Shown: one piece after another, positions 28,200 to 38,565 of the stretch
Numbering within the stretch: position 1 is the first letter of the stretch
Layout of the letters: each line of letters begins with the position of its first letter
Virus record (IMG/VR): IMGVR_UViG_3300028920_000022
Location: 372,001 to 436,000 of that record
Length of the DNA stretch: 64,000 nucleotides
Reading direction: 5' to 3' (one strand)
Notes under the pieces: generated by a model
The model's input: only the letters and a program-made list of their open reading frames with translations
Told to the model about the DNA's origin: nothing
The model's database searches: none
Program-made: the position numbers and the translations under genes

Positions 28200-28861
28200 T
28201 GGGCGGAGAACTGTTTTTAGGAATCAAACGCGCAGACGGCAGAGAACAATGTTCTTTGCGTTGGACGAATATTATTCCTTATTTTTTTGCACATCCCGAA
28301 ATGTATGAGGAAGGAGCTATGTTTGAGGAGTTGTGGGATAGACCTAGCCCCAATAATAGTTGGCCACAATCTGTTTTAGTTACAAAAATAGTGCCGTCTG
28401 AATATGGTGCAATTTTCTATGATGGTGTCAACAAAAAGATTTTATCACTACAAGATTATTGCTCGATTGGATTATATTCGGTATCATTGCTGACGGAAGA
28501 TAGTTACGATTTGTTTGGTGTTCTACTAAAAGAAGGTAGAATTAATGGCTCAAAAGTTTTGGGAAACCATAGTTTCGAAGATGTTGACAAGAATACCACC
28601 ATTTCTGAGGTTCAACGGTGGATTAAGGAACGTCTTGATTATCCTGTTCAGTATTGCCAATTGGAAATTGACACCAGACCGTTTGATGTGGTACATAGGG
28701 GAGTATCTGCAGCACACAAATGGGGATATGTTCTAAACTGGCTGAAAGAAAATAATTGGAAAAGTTCGGCTTTGTCTCTAGACGAAGTGTGGGATCAGAA
28801 AGATATGCTTGAACATTATGACGACAAACAGTCATATACAAAACAATCTATGGAGTTGTAA
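28199..28861 (+). CDS. Hypothetical protein
   Basis: TAATG coupling. Confidence 0.6.
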   Translation: MGGELFLGIKRADGREQCSLRWTNIIPYFFAHPEMYEEGAMFEELWDRPSPNNSWPQSVLVTKIVPSEYGAIFYDGVNKKILSLQDYCSIGLYSVSLLTEDSYDLFGVLLKEGRINGSKVLGNHSFEDVDKNTTISEVQRWIKERLDYPVQYCQLEIDTRPFDVVHRGVSAAHKWGYVLNWLKENNWKSSALSLDEVWDQKDMLEHYDDKQSYTKQSMEL

Positions 28862-28863
28862 AA

Positions 28864-30006
28864 ATGATTAAATCTATGTTTGATGATGATCTTTACAAGT
28901 TCACAATGCAACAGATTATTTTGCATTTCTATGGAGACAAGAAAGCCGAATATAGATTTAAAAATCGTGGGAACACCAAGTTTAATGACAAGTTTGCTGA
29001 TAGACTTCAGGATGAGATAGAGAACCTTTCTCTGTTGGTTCCCGACAAATATGAACTAGAAGAGTTTGCGAAGATTCCGTTTATTAGAGGAGATTATGTA
29101 GAGTACTTATCAAGGTATCGTTATGATCCACGGCAGGTACAGTTTTCTTTGCGAGATGGAGATTTAGATCTTCGTATAAAGGGTCCATGGCATTCCGCTA
29201 TATTGTGGGAAGTCAAACTGATGGCGCTAATTAGTGAGATTTATTTTGCCCAACATAAAGCTACCTGGACAATGGATGGTCAAAAAGAAAAGCTTGATCG
29301 AAAAGCTCTTCTTTTAGAGGCGGTAGATGCTAAGTATGCCGATTTTGGTACTCGTCGCAGGCGTAGTTTTGAGGTTCAAGATTTGGTGGTAAGAAACCTT
29401 GTCAACAAACATGGGTTCCTGGGTACATCAAATGTACATTTAGCCATTAAACATGGTGTTTCCGCCGTGGGCACTATGGCTCACGAATGGGTTCAGGGTG
29501 TATCGGTAGCTGAGGATTTATTGCATGCTAATGGTATTATGATGGACAGATGGAATTCTTTTTATCAGGGACAGTTGGGTGTTGCTTTAACTGATACATT
29601 TACCACTCCGCACTTTTTATACAACAGTTTTGATGCCAAGCGCGCTGCTGCATTTTCTGGAGTTAGACAAGATTCGGGCGATCCGTTTTGGTTTGCGAAT
29701 CAGGTGATAAATCGATACCTACAACTAGGAATTAACCCCAAAACCAAAACCATTATTTTTAGCGATAGTTTAGATGCCAAAACTGCCGCCAAACTACAGA
29801 TCCATTGTGATGGAAAGATTAACTGTGCTTTTGGCATTGGCACCAATCTAACTAATGATTTTGACAATTTGAAACCAATTAATATGGTGATCAAGTTGTG
29901 GTCAATTGACGGAATTCCGGTAGTAAAGTTGTCAGATAATGCTGGCAAAAACAATGGCGATCTATGGATGCTTGGGGTTGCGAAGAGGGTGTTTGGGGTA
30001 TCATGA
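28864..30006 (+). CDS. pncB: Nicotinate phosphoribosyltransferase
   Basis: DDDLYKFTMQQ, DFGTRRR, GTSN, GTMAHEW, RQDSGDP, FGIGT, VKLSD. Confidence 0.93.
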   Translation: MIKSMFDDDLYKFTMQQIILHFYGDKKAEYRFKNRGNTKFNDKFADRLQDEIENLSLLVPDKYELEEFAKIPFIRGDYVEYLSRYRYDPRQVQFSLRDGDLDLRIKGPWHSAILWEVKLMALISEIYFAQHKATWTMDGQKEKLDRKALLLEAVDAKYADFGTRRRRSFEVQDLVVRNLVNKHGFLGTSNVHLAIKHGVSAVGTMAHEWVQGVSVAEDLLHANGIMMDRWNSFYQGQLGVALTDTFTTPHFLYNSFDAKRAAAFSGVRQDSGDPFWFANQVINRYLQLGINPKTKTIIFSDSLDAKTAAKLQIHCDGKINCAFGIGTNLTNDFDNLKPINMVIKLWSIDGIPVVKLSDNAGKNNGDLWMLGVAKRVFGVS

Positions 30007-30254
30007 GTACAGAAAAAAAGATACGTAAGGTGCTCCGAAAAATCAAAACTGCTGATAATGTTTTGCAATCTGAAACCGATTGGGAGTTCAAATATAACAT
30101 AATTTTTGGAATGGGCATCGTTGATGATTTGAACAATATAGGAATTCAACTTAATTATTACGATCCTGACACAACCTACGAGGAAGATGTGAGAGCATTT
30201 GTAGAAGCGTTGAATTGCATTAGTGGCGATCTTGAAAAAGCGTTAATGTTATGA
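30003..30254 (+). CDS. Hypothetical protein
   Basis: YYDPDTTYEEDV motif; ATGA coupling. Confidence 0.6.
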   Translation: MSTEKKIRKVLRKIKTADNVLQSETDWEFKYNIIFGMGIVDDLNNIGIQLNYYDPDTTYEEDVRAFVEALNCISGDLEKALML

Positions 30255-30508
30255 TTACCATATTTGAAGCAATCATGTTATTAATAATGTTCCTGATTAT
30301 TATAGGGGTGTATTTCGAAAAAAATATTCCTCGTTTAACGCAAGGTTCTACAATATTGATTGCGTTTAGTGTTTATGGCATTCTATGTGTTTTGGATTGG
30401 GTCGTATATGGTAGGAGTTCTTTAGTTTCATATGTTGCTGTTTGTATTGGAATAATAATTTCCATAAAGCGAATGAGGTTTGAAAAGAAATGGCAAAAAA
30501 CGAAATAG
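30251..30508 (+). CDS. Small membrane protein
   Basis: Three hydrophobic segments. Confidence 0.55.
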   Translation: MITIFEAIMLLIMFLIIIGVYFEKNIPRLTQGSTILIAFSVYGILCVLDWVVYGRSSLVSYVAVCIGIIISIKRMRFEKKWQKTK

Positions 30509-31020
30509 ACAATATGACCTCCGCCCAGCTATATGAGTTGGCAGAAAAAAAGAAAAAGGAAGAAGAATCCAGTTTTCTAATTGAACTGATGCGTAGTGAA
30601 TCAAAATTCAAGAAAAGCATAGAAGACAAGGTTCCAGCAAACACCTTATCATCGTTAGTCAAAACGTATAATACTGTTGTGGAAGGAGTTTCGTGGGATC
30701 AAGACGTTGTACTTAGAGTTACCGTTTCTACTAGTTTCTGGGCGGCTGTTAATGTTTCGTTAGAAAATAATTTATATTTTGAGTGGGAATGGTACAACTT
30801 AGAAGAAGTTGTCAATAAACAGTTAAATGAATGCGGAAAAAATAACAAAAAATTTCGTGATCTTACTAAGCGCATAGATGGTTTGAAAACAAAAATAAAA
30901 GAATGTGCCAAAAAGTACAAAGTGAAAGAAAAAGATTTGAAAAAATATTTAGAAAACTGTCGCAAAAAACCGCCTCCAACTTTCGAGTTAAATCAGCTTC
31001 CTCCAGGTACAACACTTTAG
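30490..31020 (+). CDS. Hypothetical protein
   Basis: 176-aa ORF. Confidence 0.55.
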   Translation: MAKNEIDNMTSAQLYELAEKKKKEEESSFLIELMRSESKFKKSIEDKVPANTLSSLVKTYNTVVEGVSWDQDVVLRVTVSTSFWAAVNVSLENNLYFEWEWYNLEEVVNKQLNECGKNNKKFRDLTKRIDGLKTKIKECAKKYKVKEKDLKKYLENCRKKPPPTFELNQLPPGTTL

Positions 31021-31033
31021 GAAAAAAAATACT

Positions 31034-32050
31034 ATGTCAAAGCGAAATCTGGTTAAGTCTCGTGTTCGTGGAGCTATTTTGGGAACCGCAATTGGAGACG
31101 CCCTAGGTGCTCCATTTGAAATGATGGAAAAAGAACAAATACATAACCTATTGCCGGTTCCGTGGACATGGGGACAACAGCAGAAGGGTATAGTGTTTTC
31201 CGAAAACTTTGCTCATCCAAATCTAGGAATCGGTCAATGGACCGATGATACTCAATTAATGCGCACTATTTTGTGGTCGATTATTGACGATCATGCCATT
31301 GATCCATATGGTATTGCTAAATATACCAGTGAGGTTTTTGAGAAAGAACAGCTTCGAGGATGGAGCAAATCCGTAATTTCTGCAGCAAAACGACTTTCTC
31401 GTGGGGTTCCGTGGTACGATTCTGCCAACGAATCCATCGGTATTGGCAACGGTATCGCCATGAAAGCTGCTCCTTTGGGTATTTACCTGGCTAAATACCT
31501 GAAAAACGATTACAACTATTCTACCCATGAGTTTGGCGCCAACCTTAGACATGCCATTGTGTCTATTGTTGGTGTAGGACAAATTACCCACCATGAGCTG
31601 GGAATCATGGGTGGCGTAATGCAAAGTGTCTTAGTTGGTCTTTCGTTCAATAATGTCAAGAACAAGAAGTTGATTCTTAAGGTTCTGGGCAATATTGAAA
31701 AGGAATTTTCTGGTGCCACACGGTTTACAGATAAGCTAAGAATTGCGCTAAAATACAATAGTATTGCGGATGTGGCTGATAATATTGGAACAGACAGCAA
31801 GGCAGACAAATCCTGGGTAACTGCAGCTGCTGTTTTTCTCAACACCAAGAGGCGCAGTGATGCTGCAAAACGCATGATGGAGCTAATCTGCCAGGGCGGC
31901 GATTGTGATACTACCGGAGCAATGTTCGGAGCCTTAGCTGGAGCCCGTTGGGGAATTTCTGCTTTTCCCACGAATCTCAGGAAAGAAGTCGAGGCAAGCA
32001 AGGAACTGTTAAAGTTAGCAGATGGTTTGTATGGAGTGGTTTCTACTTGA
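31034..32050 (+). CDS. ADP-ribosylglycohydrolase (DraG/ARH family)
   Basis: GTAIGDALGAPFE, WTDDT, GNGIAMK, ITH, GGDCDTTGAMFGALAGA. Confidence 0.92.
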   Translation: MSKRNLVKSRVRGAILGTAIGDALGAPFEMMEKEQIHNLLPVPWTWGQQQKGIVFSENFAHPNLGIGQWTDDTQLMRTILWSIIDDHAIDPYGIAKYTSEVFEKEQLRGWSKSVISAAKRLSRGVPWYDSANESIGIGNGIAMKAAPLGIYLAKYLKNDYNYSTHEFGANLRHAIVSIVGVGQITHHELGIMGGVMQSVLVGLSFNNVKNKKLILKVLGNIEKEFSGATRFTDKLRIALKYNSIADVADNIGTDSKADKSWVTAAAVFLNTKRRSDAAKRMMELICQGGDCDTTGAMFGALAGARWGISAFPTNLRKEVEASKELLKLADGLYGVVST

Positions 32051-32212
32051 AAACCGGTGATTTTGTTGTTGTGGGGAAGGGGAATGAGGTCGAATTGCTG
32101 CGAATTTCGGGTGGAAAAATATACGTTTTAGGCAAACTGGTTAATACCCAAAAACAACAAACTGAGGCATTGGCATTTATGTTGGCGTCGCCTATGTTTC
32201 AACCCAACGAAT

Positions 32213-32920
32213 ATGAACCAAGTTGAGACCCTTAAAAGAATTCACCAAAGCAGGGGAGCCAATGGGTTTCTGGTAGATCTATATGGCGATTCTACGCCGG
32301 TTCCGTATGGGTGTGAAGCAAAACACCCATTAAATGCCACTTTGGCAGTTCACATGTTGGCACAAACAAGAATACCCGTATATGTGGTTTCTTATGAAGG
32401 ACAATTGCCCCACAAGAAAAAGAATTTTCTTGTACGATACGGGTCTTCGAGGATTAACGGATCTTTATCGCCAGAATCCTGGGAATCATTAATAACGTGC
32501 GCTAATTCGTATAATCTAGTTGTTGCAGGAGTATTGGACAAATGTGAGCTTGAACTTTTAAGGAACTGGGATCATTTTACCTTGATTGCCGATGCGTTTC
32601 TATTTCAGGACTATATGAAGTCAGAAATAGAGGCTATGTATCAGGAAAACATGGACCTTACCCAATCTTATGAAAAAGAGGTATGGGAAGGTCGTCCTAA
32701 ACAGGATGACACAATAAAAGACTTAGATATTACTTACAAAGAATTGGAGTGGGCATATACCAACAACCAGCGCACGCATATTTTAGACGGTGGTGATCCT
32801 GCAAAAAATGACAAGTGGTTTAAGTACACTGGAAGGCAGAAAAAGGTGCTGTCTAAGGTGTACAATATAGAAAGATCTACACGTTATAAAAAGCCATATT
32901 TGTATGACCAAAAAGTATGA
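32213..32920 (+). CDS. Divergent NAD synthetase (NadE)-like protein
   Basis: C-terminus VWEGRPKQDD..DLDITYKELEW and KSEI resemble NadE; the SGGxDS PP-loop is not recognisable. Confidence 0.5.
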   Translation: MNQVETLKRIHQSRGANGFLVDLYGDSTPVPYGCEAKHPLNATLAVHMLAQTRIPVYVVSYEGQLPHKKKNFLVRYGSSRINGSLSPESWESLITCANSYNLVVAGVLDKCELELLRNWDHFTLIADAFLFQDYMKSEIEAMYQENMDLTQSYEKEVWEGRPKQDDTIKDLDITYKELEWAYTNNQRTHILDGGDPAKNDKWFKYTGRQKKVLSKVYNIERSTRYKKPYLYDQKV

Positions 32921-34898
32921 AAAACGCCGTTATCAAGAGAGAACGGTTGAAGCGTTTAAACAGTGGTTTCCCAGTGATGAGAAGCTGGCTACTATTATAT
33001 TACCCACAGGCGCAGGAAAAAGTTTTGTTACAGCGTTGTGTTTGTCCAACGTCCCAGATAAAAAAATTCTTTGGGTAGCACACAGAGAAGAATTAATCAG
33101 TCAAGCACAGGACACGTTAGAAGAGGTTATTGAAAATCGTATTATAGACCGGGAAATGGCGGAGTATAAAGCTTCGTATCAAGCGGATATTATTGTAGGT
33201 TCTGTACAAACGCTTGCCAGAAAGCGTAAACATTTGGATAAATTTATTCCAGACATTATCGTTGTAGATGAATACCATCATCGTTCGGAAAAAAACGTTA
33301 CATACCAGGGTTTATTAGAAAGATTCCCGGAAGCTAAAGTTGTAGGACTTACAGCCACCCCATGGAGATTTTCTGGGGACCCACTTCCTTTAGGTGAAGT
33401 CCTATTTGATATGGACATTGGTACCGCCGTTGCTCATGGCTATTTAGTACCACCAAAACCAGAAGTTCTTAAATCAAACACTAGCCTAGCAAACGTTAAA
33501 ACTAGAATGGGCGATTTTGCTATTAAGGATTTATCTAACGCTGTAAATAATGAGAAAAGAAACCTTTTAATTGCTAAAAAAGTTTTAGAATACATTAAAG
33601 ATGATAAAAGGCAAGGTATATTGTTTGGCGTTGATGTTGCCCACGCCCATACGATGTATGAGCTTTTAAAGAATGATTGTAGGGCAATTGAAATATACGG
33701 AGACACTGATAAAGATGAACGTCGTTACAACATGGAAAAGTTACGTAATGGTGATGTTGACATCCTGATCAATAATCTTTGCGGGACCGAGGGGTTTGAT
33801 GTTCCTCATCTTTCCTTTGCTGCAATTGCAAGACCAACCAGATCTCTAGGTTTATATATTCAAATGGCTGGTCGTGTATTAAGAACCTCTCCAAACAAAA
33901 CTGATGCTATAATACTAGACATCTTTGATAAAATTAAGGTAAAACAGTCGCGAGCAACGTTTGTTGATATGGCAGCAGAGGGAGATTTATATGGGGAAAG
34001 AAAACGTGCCACTAGCTTGCTAGATGCAGAACTGGATGTTAAAAAGGTATCAAAAGGTTCTAGACCCGGCAAAGATGATGGCAAATATGCTAAAACGCTT
34101 GAACACTTTCCCGTGTTTATGCTTAAAAATGAAAACGATCGTTGGACGGCAGATGATGATTTTTTGCCCGTGACTTCTTGGGCTATTGCTACAGATCAGA
34201 GAATTGTTACTTGGACCGAAGAAGAGTTTGACCAAGATCTCCTAACCAAAGAAAAATATTCAGCATTCCTACGAAAACCCACACCATCCCAATGTAGGGA
34301 AAGAACGATAATAGTAAAACATGATAGGTTCGGAAAAGGTACAATTATAGACGACGGTATTGGAATTGAAGTAAGAGTTGAATTTCCTGCCACCGGTTGG
34401 AGACCAGAAAGACGCCTTTACATTCCTATTCATGACCTAAAACAACACGGTATAGTAAAGGAAATCAATCCTAATCCTAAAAAACGAAAAGTAGATAAGC
34501 TGTTCTATTTCTGTTTTCCTTCCGGAGCAGCACAGGGAAGAGTTATCGAAATGACCCGGGATAAATGGGAACTTATTGTTGACTCGGATCAAAAAATGAC
34601 CCTGGATGAAGCAAAATTCTTTATTGTCAAAAAAGCCAAAGACGCCGGAGTATTACCGCTGGTACGTTCTGATGCTTATTGGAAAAAAGCTACCGCCAGC
34701 GATAAACAAAAGGATTTATTAAAGAATTGGATAAAAGGCGGCAAGGTTGGTTTTGACCTTGATACCTCTGATGTAAGTAAAGGTGAGGCATCTGCAGTAA
34801 TTGATCAGTTAAAGTGGCAAACATTGATTAATAGAAAGTTTGGAACCAAATCTAAAGAGAAACTGTTAGGTTACGACAGATCTGCTGAAGATGTATAG
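32904..34898 (+). CDS. SF2 DEAD/DEAH-box helicase (RadD/YejH/Irc3-like)
   Basis: LPTGAGKS, VVDEYHH, GLTATP, TEGFD, QMAGRVLR. Confidence 0.9.
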   Translation: MTKKYEKRRYQERTVEAFKQWFPSDEKLATIILPTGAGKSFVTALCLSNVPDKKILWVAHREELISQAQDTLEEVIENRIIDREMAEYKASYQADIIVGSVQTLARKRKHLDKFIPDIIVVDEYHHRSEKNVTYQGLLERFPEAKVVGLTATPWRFSGDPLPLGEVLFDMDIGTAVAHGYLVPPKPEVLKSNTSLANVKTRMGDFAIKDLSNAVNNEKRNLLIAKKVLEYIKDDKRQGILFGVDVAHAHTMYELLKNDCRAIEIYGDTDKDERRYNMEKLRNGDVDILINNLCGTEGFDVPHLSFAAIARPTRSLGLYIQMAGRVLRTSPNKTDAIILDIFDKIKVKQSRATFVDMAAEGDLYGERKRATSLLDAELDVKKVSKGSRPGKDDGKYAKTLEHFPVFMLKNENDRWTADDDFLPVTSWAIATDQRIVTWTEEEFDQDLLTKEKYSAFLRKPTPSQCRERTIIVKHDRFGKGTIIDDGIGIEVRVEFPATGWRPERRLYIPIHDLKQHGIVKEINPNPKKRKVDKLFYFCFPSGAAQGRVIEMTRDKWELIVDSDQKMTLDEAKFFIVKKAKDAGVLPLVRSDAYWKKATASDKQKDLLKNWIKGGKVGFDLDTSDVSKGEASAVIDQLKWQTLINRKFGTKSKEKLLGYDRSAEDV

Positions 34899-34918
34899 TA
34901 TTATCTTCCCATATTAAT

Positions 34919-35500
34919 ATGGGACTAAAAAATCTGTTTTTGTTAGCAGGTTTGCTTGTATGTTGTTCCTCAAAACCATCTTTACCGGTAAAAGATACTA
35001 CATCGCCGGTAGTTGTAGAAAAAACTTCTTTTGCCAAAACTGATACTCTTGAGGAATCGGTTACTGGTGCAGTTTCTTCTATAAACTCAGCACAGTCGGT
35101 AATAGATTCATTATCTGCACAGTCAGCGGGGATAAACTGGAATGCGTTCGATTTAAACGAAGTAATGGATGTTATACATTCTGGCGGAATGGTGTTTGCA
35201 TATTTCTATATGAAAGACTGTCAGGCATGTAATAAAACAGAGAAAGAGATTTTTTCCGATGAAGAAATAATTTCTCTGATAAACGATCATACTTATCCAG
35301 TAAAAGCCGATGTTATTGAACGAACGGATTTGATACCGATTTATTCTGAAAAAGGAAGAGTTGTAACTCCAACTTTTATTATCATTCTTCCTAACGGAGT
35401 AGCAGTTAAAATAATGGGTTATGTCGAGCCAGAAAAGTTCAAATACCTTCTTCAGAAAATCATCAGCGTGAAAGAAGGATGGATCGTAGTAAAGCGCTAA
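34919..35500 (+). CDS. Thioredoxin-fold lipoprotein
   Basis: Lipobox-like LLVCC, CQAC, VTPT cis-Pro loop. Confidence 0.75.
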   Translation: MGLKNLFLLAGLLVCCSSKPSLPVKDTTSPVVVEKTSFAKTDTLEESVTGAVSSINSAQSVIDSLSAQSAGINWNAFDLNEVMDVIHSGGMVFAYFYMKDCQACNKTEKEIFSDEEIISLINDHTYPVKADVIERTDLIPIYSEKGRVVTPTFIIILPNGVAVKIMGYVEPEKFKYLLQKIISVKEGWIVVKR

Positions 35501-36099
35501 CCAACGTTCAAGCATATCTGCCTAATGACTCCGAAATCAATGACATAATAGAATTGTGTGATTTGGAGCCGGTTGGAGATTCTTGGCGTTTGTGGACCGA
35601 TAATGGCGGCTATACGCTTATTATTAAAAACGACAAAAATGTTATTGCTAAAAAAGATAACCCTACAGATAGACAGAATATTAAAATAAAAGATATTCAC
35701 TTCAAGTCTACCGCAAAACAAATTTCAAATAATAGCAAATGGGCAATGCTGTCTGTTGCTAAAAATACAGAAGATCCCAATGTAAATATGTGTTATATTT
35801 GGTTTTTGGGAAAAGATAACAAGTTGAGATTATTATGTTTTTTAAGAAATGAATGGGTCGAGAATCAAATGCCACTCAGTTCAGGTATTGGTTCTTTGAG
35901 AACTGTGGTACAAAATATCGAAATTGACGATTATAAAGTAATTTCAGGATCTCGATATATAAAAGGTACGTACTCAGGAAATGTGCTAAAATCCTGGGCA
36001 ACTAGGTGGCCACCCTCAAACCGTGTGACGTTAGATATGCTGTTGACAAATAGGACGCTTTTGCATAGAATCCTGACTGACTGTGGGGTACTCTCCTAA
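35479..36099 (+). CDS. Hypothetical protein
   Basis: 206-aa ORF. Confidence 0.55.
   Translation: MDRSKALTNVQAYLPNDSEINDIIELCDLEPVGDSWRLWTDNGGYTLIIKNDKNVIAKKDNPTDRQNIKIKDIHFKSTAKQISNNSKWAMLSVAKNTEDPNVNMCYIWFLGKDNKLRLLCFLRNEWVENQMPLSSGIGSLRTVVQNIEIDDYKVISGSRYIKGTYSGNVLKSWATRWPPSNRVTLDMLLTNRTLLHRILTDCGVLS
36043..36071 (+). promoter_or_regulatory. Sigma70-type promoter upstream of infA
   Basis: TTGACA-17-TAGAAT. Confidence 0.7.
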
Positions 36100-36326
36100 T
36101 GGCTGGCGACAAGATGGAATTCGTAGGGGTGGTAGAAAAAGCCCTGGGAAATGGCAACTTTCGGGTCAATGCCGAAGGTGTGTCCGTACCATTAAAATGT
36201 ACGCTATCTGGTAAAATTCGTAAAAATACAATTCGAATTATCGAAGGTGATAGCGTTAGAATAGAAGTTTCTCCATATGATATTTCTCGTGGAGTAATAG
36301 TTTACCGACTGAAATCGAAAGGTTGA
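36099..36326 (+). CDS. infA: Translation initiation factor IF-1
   Basis: GVVEKALGNGNFRV...LSGKIRKNTIRIIEGDSVRIEVSPYDISRGVIVYR. Confidence 0.95.
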   Translation: MAGDKMEFVGVVEKALGNGNFRVNAEGVSVPLKCTLSGKIRKNTIRIIEGDSVRIEVSPYDISRGVIVYRLKSKG

Positions 36327-36808
36327 TCATGGAATATAATAATCCATTCATGTTAGGCAAAATTAAAGAGGTAAAAGGTTGTGCATCTTTACCTCACACT
36401 TCAGATAGCCGCACTATTATAACAATAAACAATATGTCCGGCGAATATGAAAGTGTCGCTGGAAACGTTCCTATAGCAAAAGTATATCCCAGAGCCAAGG
36501 ATGAATATCGTAAATGGTGGAGAAACCAACAGGGATTTAAGTTGGGAGAAATTTTAACCACCCAGGTTCAAAGTGATACAGAAATTGCAAACGTCTTAAT
36601 TTGTGTCACAGATGAAGACGGTGACGATAGCTTAGAAGAAACAGCAGTAAAAGCTGCATTAAATAAATTAGGACAACATTGTTCTTATAATAAGCTAAAC
36701 GCACATATCAACAAGTTGCCAAACGATGATGCATGGAAAATTGTTGAAGACGGACTCAAAGAATACTTGGTAAAACGTGGAGTAAATGTAACCGTATATT
36801 CGGAGTGA
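36323..36808 (+). CDS. Macro-domain-like (Appr-1-p processing/TARG1-like) protein, divergent
   Basis: IITINN, IAKVYP, FKLGEILTTQV..EIANV, WKIVE, VTVY. Confidence 0.6.
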   Translation: MIMEYNNPFMLGKIKEVKGCASLPHTSDSRTIITINNMSGEYESVAGNVPIAKVYPRAKDEYRKWWRNQQGFKLGEILTTQVQSDTEIANVLICVTDEDGDDSLEETAVKAALNKLGQHCSYNKLNAHINKLPNDDAWKIVEDGLKEYLVKRGVNVTVYSE

Positions 36809-36813
36809 TTTAG

Positions 36814-37182
36814 ATGCTATCTGAAATTCGTACCATGACCGGTGTTTATTCCGGTTCAATTAAGCCGCAATCTGGAATGGCGGTTTCTGTTGGTGTTGTT
36901 AGCCACAAGATGCACTTTATACCGAAAGACAAAGCGCATCCTTTGGTGGGATACGTTGACAGAACGTGGTCAAATGGTAAGGAAATTTGGATAGTGGTGG
37001 TGTTAGCTTATCATACGTTTGTAACCACCGCTTATGATAAAAAAGCAAAATACCCACTAAACGCTAATTTGTTTATCAACGATGAGTGTTTGTTGACAAC
37101 CGCTCGTCCAAGTGAAGATTCTGAGCCATATGGTGTGGTTATTAATTACGACAGTGGCGATCTAACATTTGTGCAAACATGA
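36814..37182 (+). CDS. Hypothetical protein
   Basis: ORF within the operon. Confidence 0.5.
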   Translation: MLSEIRTMTGVYSGSIKPQSGMAVSVGVVSHKMHFIPKDKAHPLVGYVDRTWSNGKEIWIVVVLAYHTFVTTAYDKKAKYPLNANLFINDECLLTTARPSEDSEPYGVVINYDSGDLTFVQT

Positions 37183-37210
37183 CTCAATTAAGAAGTTTTA
37201 GTGAGGATCC

Positions 37211-37720
37211 GTGATCTATTGCATTCTCACTACTGGCGGATATGTTGAGTCTGCCCAGATAGCCACAATTATGTGGTGTACGGATCCTAGTTTGGTTATT
37301 CCGGCTCAGGCTGAAACAGCCGAAGATGCCTTAAAAAGCCTTGCAAACGATCTTCTAATGGAATATTTGGAAGAATGGATGAGAGATCATTTTGAGCCGG
37401 AAGAGTTTAGTGCCTGGGTTTATGACTTGGTTAAGATGGATTCTTGTAACGATGGTTTTCGTAGGTATGGAAAAGCAGCTGCTCCGGGACCGGACCATTG
37501 GTGGCCATATGTAAATTTGTCGACTTTTAGATCTTTTGATGTTGACCAAATATTGAATATACCTGAGAATTTTGAGATACTAGCAACGATGGCAATAGAC
37601 CCATTACTTATCAAGGACAAAGAGGGAAGAAAACATCTTATTCAATATCAAAAAGAATATGACGTAACCTATAAACAGGACGAGGACGGATATTGGGTGG
37701 CGGAGTTGGAGTATAAATAA
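37211..37720 (+). CDS. Hypothetical protein
   Basis: GAGGA RBS. Confidence 0.55.
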   Translation: MIYCILTTGGYVESAQIATIMWCTDPSLVIPAQAETAEDALKSLANDLLMEYLEEWMRDHFEPEEFSAWVYDLVKMDSCNDGFRRYGKAAAPGPDHWWPYVNLSTFRSFDVDQILNIPENFEILATMAIDPLLIKDKEGRKHLIQYQKEYDVTYKQDEDGYWVAELEYK

Positions 37721-38034
37721 TGTCAGGCAACAAATTTGTACGCAAAATTTATGTGGATATTTGCAGAAATGATCCGGTAGATATCAGGTGTGGTGGTGCT
37801 CCGGTTTTGGGTTTTGACTATACTGTAGACGCAGCATTACACAAAGAAGCGCTGAAAACCATTAAAGAAGAATTAGAACGCCAAGGTGTTAAGCCTATGG
37901 GAATACACTCTACTGGTAGGTATAAAGTTTTGGCTAGCAAAAAAACTTGGACTTTGTTGGGAATTAAACGCAATATAAGAAAAGAGTTCAAAGATTGGCT
38001 TTTAAGCGAATATAAAAGAGGCTCTTATGTTTGA
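37720..38034 (+). CDS. Hypothetical protein
   Basis: TAATG coupling. Confidence 0.55.
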   Translation: MSGNKFVRKIYVDICRNDPVDIRCGGAPVLGFDYTVDAALHKEALKTIKEELERQGVKPMGIHSTGRYKVLASKKTWTLLGIKRNIRKEFKDWLLSEYKRGSYV

Positions 38035-38272
38035 TTGGCTAAAACGTTTGCGCCATAAACACAAATGGGTAGCCACTCATCCAGGAATTCGGTGTGAGTT
38101 TTGTGATTTAGATTTATCTAAATCTTTGTTTCCCACTGGTCCGCATGGAATGGATACGCAAATTACCAATTATCATATTGAAAAAGGTTTATTTACACAC
38201 AGGGTACGGTTTGGGATTTTTATTGTAAATTACATGTTTCCCAAATGTCCCGGAAAAAAAGAAAAACTATGA
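38027..38272 (+). CDS. Small H-CxxC-C protein
   Basis: HKW...CEFC...CPG. Confidence 0.5.
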   Translation: MFDWLKRLRHKHKWVATHPGIRCEFCDLDLSKSLFPTGPHGMDTQITNYHIEKGLFTHRVRFGIFIVNYMFPKCPGKKEKL

Positions 38273-38565
38273 GCACCCAGGGTATTGACGCATATACTAT
38301 AGGTTGTGCTGAAAGTTATAGCCAAGGTTTGTGTCAAGAAAAAACTTTACGCAAATTGGGTAGAACTGATAATTATGATGGTGGCGCAGTTTTTAGGAGC
38401 AAAGAAAGTGCCCAGAAATTCATTGACGACAACAACTACAAATGGTATGCTGTTTTTGGACTAACGCTTCCAAATGGTTGGGAAACAGATGTAGACGAAT
38501 CTAAAGAAAAAGAAGAGGGTTTTTGTCGTCTGCTGAATAATGCTAAAATTGTGAGTTTAAAATGA
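38245..38565 (+). CDS. Hypothetical phage protein
   Basis: KLGR..NYDGGAVF motif. Confidence 0.55.
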   Translation: MSRKKRKTMSTQGIDAYTIGCAESYSQGLCQEKTLRKLGRTDNYDGGAVFRSKESAQKFIDDNNYKWYAVFGLTLPNGWETDVDESKEKEEGFCRLLNNAKIVSLK

